A stretch of DNA of 64,000 bases. Source: a virus (Duplodnaviria > Caudoviricetes). Made by a program: the position numbers and the translations under genes. The DNA lies in the IMG/VR virus record IMGVR_UViG_3300022661_000051, one strand, 5' to 3'. The notes below the pieces were generated by a model. It did no database searches. It was not told the origin of the DNA and saw only the letters and a list, made by a program, of their open reading frames with translations. Below are positions 59,601 through 64,000 of this stretch, in pieces (positions within the stretch are counted from its first letter, which is position 1; every line of letters starts with the position of its first letter).

Positions 59601-59683
59601 TTATCAATGACGTTCCATATAATTGCTATGTATCAAGTACAACAGTTACTTGTACAGATTTCAGCTATAAATTTATTTTCTAA
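56606..59683 (+). CDS. repeat-containing fibre/decoration protein
   Basis: Ten KFQYTEMP..VQY.GET..Y..GYFY..W..V.VQP repeats, then an Ig-like C-terminal region. Confidence 0.7.
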   Translation: MATLNLSFRVGSDKAIMAAPIVAGTIYLSLDGKIYFDKSETERILCGVSTYTKKEIEDLVGSGEGGEGASTAAHVLYSSDKLVGVENVQQALDKIIDQIGNMNGKFQYTIMPNPSTVTGIVQYIGTTDDKYTNGYFYMPKSTTEEPEEGGEPVTTYSWEQVNVQPQPEIPEVDLSKVNSKFQYDEMPDAETTSGIVQYTGETTEDYIKGYFYVSTSSTTTDEESGEEVTTYSWEQVNVQPQPETEDVDLSGLNTKFQYTEMPDAKNITGVIQYIGETTEDYIKGYFYVSKATTETVGEGDEAQEVTTYSWERIDTQPDDQALDHLNPKFQVTEMPAAAERTGLVQYLGATNEDYVFGYFYVSDRISWKQVDVQPNCDLDGVNPKFQYTEMPDPTLVTGLVQYIGETNETYTRNFFYESNGESWTQINVQPQPEGADLSGLNSKFQYTEMPEASEVTGIMVQYIGETTEDYINGYFYVAEASTSTDEESGEEVTTYSWKQVNVQPQPEIPEVDLSNVNTKFQYTEMPDPEQVKGIVQYMGETTESYTKGYFYVSTERSIIDENDETVYSYSWERINVQPEPEKEDLSGLNTKFQYTEMPDATTMNAMVQYMGETTEDYVFGYFYYSDGLEDSTWVQIDIQPEPEVDLSSVNSKFQYTEMPEASADIKGLIQYIGETTEDFIKGHFYECKTTYSINPETGETSSTSEWLTVDLSKETDLSGLNSKFQYTEMPDPTDHVGIVQYIGITDDDYTHGFFYEPYVVDESTTVWSVVSIQPSDKAADASSVYFTEAVPVTETIGGIEAGTVFDGSVNVQEVFKRLFYKYTPPKASITIDPSPENYMTGINIESLTVNIKTIKTVDPITSIEFTKTVEGSEPEIILSENSTDNPSISAGGTFQEIIENINTNTTLTVKVSDGKETNTVSKTIKFVDPVFWGVLGTNVVTEEIATSSLDRKLMTSSSDTIVVSASNEYIVYMTTKTVTSILDKNGFDNMDSFVMNTVIINDVPYNCYVSSTTVTCTDFSYKFIF
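56918..58926 (+). repeat. ten in-frame tandem coding repeats (about 55-76 aa each)
   Basis: Recurrent AAGTTCCAGTATACAGAAATGCCTGA-like units. Confidence 0.9.
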
Positions 59684-59707
59684 TATAATGAAAGGCGGTA
59701 AATTATT

Positions 59708-60622
59708 ATGAATGGAATTAATATTAATGCTGGTTTTAACGTAGGTGCTCCTGTAGCTCTCGACGCACGTACAGTTCTTACAAAGGCAGAAATGCTTGCT
59801 ATGAACGACAATGTAATGCCTGAAGTATATCAGGCTACATGTAAGGATGACGGCGCAATCTATATCTACAACAAGGCTAATGAAGCTAATGAAACAACTG
59901 GTAAGTTCAGAAAGCTCACATTCGATGGCGTTGATAGAATGCCTGATGATGTTCCGTCTAACTGCGAAGTTGGTGGTATTCTTCCTGGAGATGTTGTAGC
60001 AGCAGAAACTCCTGTTACAGAAGTTATTGCTATGCTTCTTACAAAGTATTATCCTGCTACTGTTAGCCTTACAGTCGACTGTCCTGTAGTGGTTAAGAAG
60101 GGTACAACTCTCGATACTGTTACTCTTACAGCTGACGTTGAAAAGAAGTCAAATCCTATCGTTGAAGTTACATTCACTGCTGGTGAAGAGACTTCTACTG
60201 TAACTGAAGATATTGCTGACGGTGGCGAAATCACATATACAACAACAAATTCTATTACAGAAGACACAACATTCTCTGTAACAGTTAACGATGGTAAGAA
60301 GACAACAACAGATACAACAACTGTTACATTTGTAGATCCTATCTACTACGGTACAAATGCTACAGTTGATATTACTTCAACGGAAGATCTTACAGAACTC
60401 GTTGAAATTCCTGGTAATAAGACAGTTAAGTTCACTGCAGATAATGAATATCTTGTATTCCTTACAACAGCTGATATCGTTTCTATTAAGGACGTAAACG
60501 GCTTCGAGAATATCAATTCGTTCAACAAGTACGAAGAACTCCTCGGTGAGACAACATACAATCTCTACATTTCTGCAACTCCGATTACTGCAACTGATTA
60601 TCAGTACACATTCTTCATCTAA
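59708..60622 (+). CDS. fibre/decoration protein with an Ig-like domain
   Basis: N-terminus paralogous to the 60693 ORF; C-terminus paralogous to the 56606 ORF. Confidence 0.65.
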   Translation: MNGININAGFNVGAPVALDARTVLTKAEMLAMNDNVMPEVYQATCKDDGAIYIYNKANEANETTGKFRKLTFDGVDRMPDDVPSNCEVGGILPGDVVAAETPVTEVIAMLLTKYYPATVSLTVDCPVVVKKGTTLDTVTLTADVEKKSNPIVEVTFTAGEETSTVTEDIADGGEITYTTTNSITEDTTFSVTVNDGKKTTTDTTTVTFVDPIYYGTNATVDITSTEDLTELVEIPGNKTVKFTADNEYLVFLTTADIVSIKDVNGFENINSFNKYEELLGETTYNLYISATPITATDYQYTFFI

Positions 60623-60692
60623 TCAATAATGCCATGTGGGACGATTTGATAATCGTCCCACAATATTATAAATAAAGAAGGAGGAATATAAT

Positions 60693-63600
60693 ATGGCAAT
60701 TCCTGTTAATACCGGATTTAATGTAGGCGCTCCTATCTCTATCGACCAGAGACTTGTGCTTACTAAATCCGAAATGCTTAATATCGACGATAATATCATG
60801 CCTGATTATTACTTTGCTGTATGTAAAGATGACGGTGCATTTTATATATATGATAAAAATCTTGATATTACCAAGATCTCTGAAGTTACTGGTAAGTTTA
60901 AACCTGCTACTGAAGAGGAAATTGAAGAGGTTTTCCAGTTCAATAAGATCAACAACTACGAAGTATCCTCTATTACAAATAAGAGCTACATTGCTATTGC
61001 TGATGAGAACGGAGAAAATAAGAAGGTTCCATGGTCATCTGTTGCTGGATTCCTCATGGACCAGAACAATATTTCAACAAAAGACTATGTTGACTCAAAG
61101 ATCGCCTCTGTAATGAACACAGTAGGTACATCATTCACTATCATTATCGACGAAGATGTTATCGGAGAGATAAACGATGTTGCATCTAGCGGCGCTACAA
61201 TCGTTGTAACATGTAACAATGAGACAACTCCTATCGCTTATTCTGATGATGACGGAAAGACATGGAAATATTCTGTTTTCGTTAACGATAAAGAGACAGG
61301 TCCTATCGTAAAGGCGACTAAGATTATGAGTGCTTTCGGTAAGTTCTTTACTATTATTGAACACGAAAACGGTAAGTTCTTGTATGTATCAGAGTCTGTA
61401 GGTTTATCATTTACAAACACTGGTATCGTTGTAGATGATATTATCTTAAAGAATAATATCCTTTATTATATCTATTCATCATATGTATTCTACACAATGG
61501 ATGGAACTGTATGGAACAACGCTTCCGTAAGAAAGAACCTCGAACCTGTAAATACATTTATCATCGAATCAGAAGATAAGTCTATGCTTCTTACTGAAGA
61601 TGCGTGGTCCGATGACGGAGGATATATCTGGAACGCATTCAGATACTTCGACCCTGTAACAAATACCGCTATCGAAATTGCTGAGTCTAAGATTACAAAG
61701 ATCGTTGAGATTCCCAATCTCAATATCTGGCTTGCTCCTTTATCTACTGGTGGAATGTACTATTCGACTGACGGTAAGATTTGGAGAGATGTATCATTCA
61801 ATCCTAACATTCAGGAATTCAGTAAGGAAATTACAGACATCTGTGTTACCGATAATGTAATTGTAGCATCTAACTACAATCTCGGCGCTGAGCACTATCG
61901 TCCAATCTATTCAACAAACGGTATTGATTGGCTTCTTTGTGCTATGTATGACAAAGATGGAAATTCTAAGAATTATCTTGACGATGCCGAAGGTATCGGT
62001 AAAGTTTCATACAACGGCTCTATCTTTGTATACGGTGGTGCTGAATACTACTCTACAGACGGTAAGAACTGGTATCCTTGTTCATTCGAGACGAATGTTC
62101 TTTCATTCGATTATGACCATCCGATATATGATAACGGTATTTGGGTTGCTACACCTAATACTAGACTCAATGTATCAGGCCCTATTATTAAATCTACTGA
62201 TGGTAAAGTTTGGTCAATGAATGACACTAAACTTAGTGGTAAGATTGGTAATCTGATGTTCGAGTATGGAATTTTCCTTGCTAGAACTACAGAACTTCAG
62301 GGTAATACTCTTTATTATTCTCTGAATGGTCTTACATGGAATGAATGTAACTTCGACTCTGAATATAATATTACACAGAATCCTGTATTCAACGGTGATG
62401 TTTGGGTAATGGTAACGTCTAACGAATCTGGCGACGTAGTATTCATGTACTCTGTTGACGGTATCAACTGGAACTTCGGTGGTACAGAAGTAAACTATAA
62501 GATCGATTTCCAGAAGAGTCCTGTATGGATTGGAACGGGTTGGCTTTTTGTTATCAAGAATAAGACAACTGGTTCTTCGAAGCTTGTTTACTCAAGAGAC
62601 GGTATCAGATGGTCTGAAAAGGCAGTCTCAGGACCTGATATTGATATTAACGACGAGAATAACTATTCTATTCTTGTATATCTTCAGAAGAAGGTATTCC
62701 TGACATCTGTGTCTAAACAGCAGACATGGTATTCAGATGATAAGGCTGCATCGTTCTATCTCTGTAAGAAGAATACTATTCTTGAGATAAATCATCCTGC
62801 AGCAAGTATCGAATTCAACAACGGTAAGTTCTATTCAATGAATAAGAACTATCCATACAATATTATTCAGTCATCAGACGGTATTTTCTGGTCAGTAATT
62901 GACGCTGTAGGAACATCTACAAATGCCGATGACTTCTCTGTAAACTTCAGTACAATATACAATGGATGTATCTCATTCAATAATATTGTATTCTATACAG
63001 CAACAAACGGCAATACTTGGGAAAGATCGGATCTTACTACTACAGAATCTAGTACGATCGTATCAAATCCATATGTATTCCTCATCAAGTCTGATTCTAC
63101 TCTTAAGTATTCATACTTAGGTGAAAACTGGCTCGATCCTGTATTCGATATCGGTGAAGAAGACACAATCACTACATTCAATACAGTACCTGTATGGAAT
63201 GGAGCTTTATGGGTTGTATTCGCTACAACTACATCTGGAAGTAATATTATTCTTACTTCTAAGGATGGTATTACTTGGGCAAAACCTGAAGGTTCTGAAT
63301 TGTGCGGAGGTTGCAATTCTGCAGTAATATGGAATAATAATGTTTGGGTCGCTACTGGTAAGTCAGGCATTGCATATTCTGAAACTGGTACTGAATGGAA
63401 TAAGTGCGACTTATATACAGCGGATGGCGTAGTAACATCATCAGCTGCTGGTTATGAAAAGATCTATATCAATGATATGGGAACTTCAATCGTTCTTTAT
63501 TCAACAAATTCAGAATATTCTCTCGGTAGTGCTATCGCTAATAGTGATAACGCTAAAAATATCGAAGAGAAGGTCTACGGTCAGTATAAATCTATTGACC

Positions 63601-64000
63601 TTACTCAGGAAGAGTACGATGCTATTCCAGAGGAACAGCGTAGTAAGACTAATCCTTATAACTGCTATGATACTGGTAGAATCTATAAGAATGGCGTGCT
63701 TTATGGTGAAAAGAAACCTGAAGAGGTTACACTTGAAGAGTACGAAGCTTTAGAAGCTGCTGGTAAGGTTGAAGCTGATAAGGATTATATTATTAAAACC
63801 GATGAAGCTGAAGGTCTTCCTTTATTCGATGCTAAGTATATCAAGTACGATAATACTGTTTCTGGTAGTGAATCAAAGAACGTTCAAGGTGCTATTGATA
63901 ATCTTGAAACAAAAAAGTTAAATAGAGACTATAAATCTGTAGAAGATGCTAATGCTGCTATTGATATTAGTGAAAACGGTATAAATTTATTTATACTTTC
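60693..64000 (+). CDS. 3'-truncated large fibre / receptor-binding protein with Asp-box (BNR-like) beta-propeller repeats
   Basis: AAGGAGG SD, MAIPVNTGFNVGAPISID...; many (Y/T)S.DG..W motifs, then LTQEEYDA / TLEEYEAL and NVQGAID fibre motifs; appears open to the window end. Confidence 0.75.
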   Translation, partial: MAIPVNTGFNVGAPISIDQRLVLTKSEMLNIDDNIMPDYYFAVCKDDGAFYIYDKNLDITKISEVTGKFKPATEEEIEEVFQFNKINNYEVSSITNKSYIAIADENGENKKVPWSSVAGFLMDQNNISTKDYVDSKIASVMNTVGTSFTIIIDEDVIGEINDVASSGATIVVTCNNETTPIAYSDDDGKTWKYSVFVNDKETGPIVKATKIMSAFGKFFTIIEHENGKFLYVSESVGLSFTNTGIVVDDIILKNNILYYIYSSYVFYTMDGTVWNNASVRKNLEPVNTFIIESEDKSMLLTEDAWSDDGGYIWNAFRYFDPVTNTAIEIAESKITKIVEIPNLNIWLAPLSTGGMYYSTDGKIWRDVSFNPNIQEFSKEITDICVTDNVIVASNYNLGAEHYRPIYSTNGIDWLLCAMYDKDGNSKNYLDDAEGIGKVSYNGSIFVYGGAEYYSTDGKNWYPCSFETNVLSFDYDHPIYDNGIWVATPNTRLNVSGPIIKSTDGKVWSMNDTKLSGKIGNLMFEYGIFLARTTELQGNTLYYSLNGLTWNECNFDSEYNITQNPVFNGDVWVMVTSNESGDVVFMYSVDGINWNFGGTEVNYKIDFQKSPVWIGTGWLFVIKNKTTGSSKLVYSRDGIRWSEKAVSGPDIDINDENNYSILVYLQKKVFLTSVSKQQTWYSDDKAASFYLCKKNTILEINHPAASIEFNNGKFYSMNKNYPYNIIQSSDGIFWSVIDAVGTSTNADDFSVNFSTIYNGCISFNNIVFYTATNGNTWERSDLTTTESSTIVSNPYVFLIKSDSTLKYSYLGENWLDPVFDIGEEDTITTFNTVPVWNGALWVVFATTTSGSNIILTSKDGITWAKPEGSELCGGCNSAVIWNNNVWVATGKSGIAYSETGTEWNKCDLYTADGVVTSSAAGYEKIYINDMGTSIVLYSTNSEYSLGSAIANSDNAKNIEEKVYGQYKSIDLTQEEYDAIPEEQRSKTNPYNCYDTGRIYKNGVLYGEKKPEEVTLEEYEALEAAGKVEADKDYIIKTDEAEGLPLFDAKYIKYDNTVSGSESKNVQGAIDNLETKKLNRDYKSVEDANAAIDISENGINLFIL

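Noticed and set aside
1-64000. Stop-codon reassignment as in some gut jumbo phages
   Set aside because: Conserved genes are full length in code 11, and TAA, TAG and TGA all end tightly packed genes
1-64000. tRNA or rRNA genes, DGR/retron reverse transcriptase, chimallin or tubulin
   Set aside because: None recognised by eye; tRNAscan-SE and HMM searches would be needed to exclude them

Overview
An AT-rich, densely coded 64 kb segment of a jumbo myophage resembling the AR9/PBS1 and phiKZ groups. Strong AAGGAGG ribosome-binding sites and nrdD/nrdG suggest an anaerobic Bacillota (Firmicutes) host. Transcription genes: pieces of two split multisubunit RNA polymerases (two beta' N-halves with NADFDGD and SLDYDGD, one beta' C-half) and a candidate sigma-like subunit. 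Other recognisable genes: primase, RNase H, GroEL-like chaperonin, intein-containing NrdD, NrdG, baseplate/neck/fibre genes, holin- and lysozyme-like genes, and a terminase split inside its Walker A motif by an ORF-less group I intron, next to a free-standing GIY-YIG endonuclease. Two promoter motifs (TATATTAT and AACW-N6-TAA) sort genes into probable early and late classes. Most unusual: a Tad1 anti-Thoeris sponge with a non-ATG start behind a frameshifted WDGH-family gene; three tandem YD/RHS-like genes followed by two GNAT-like paralogs; a period-8 GGA leader element at distant loci; several hairpin-dense small RNA or micro-ORF loci; and a likely -1 frameshifted tail/baseplate chaperone. 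All family calls come from recognising motifs by eye; no searches were run.
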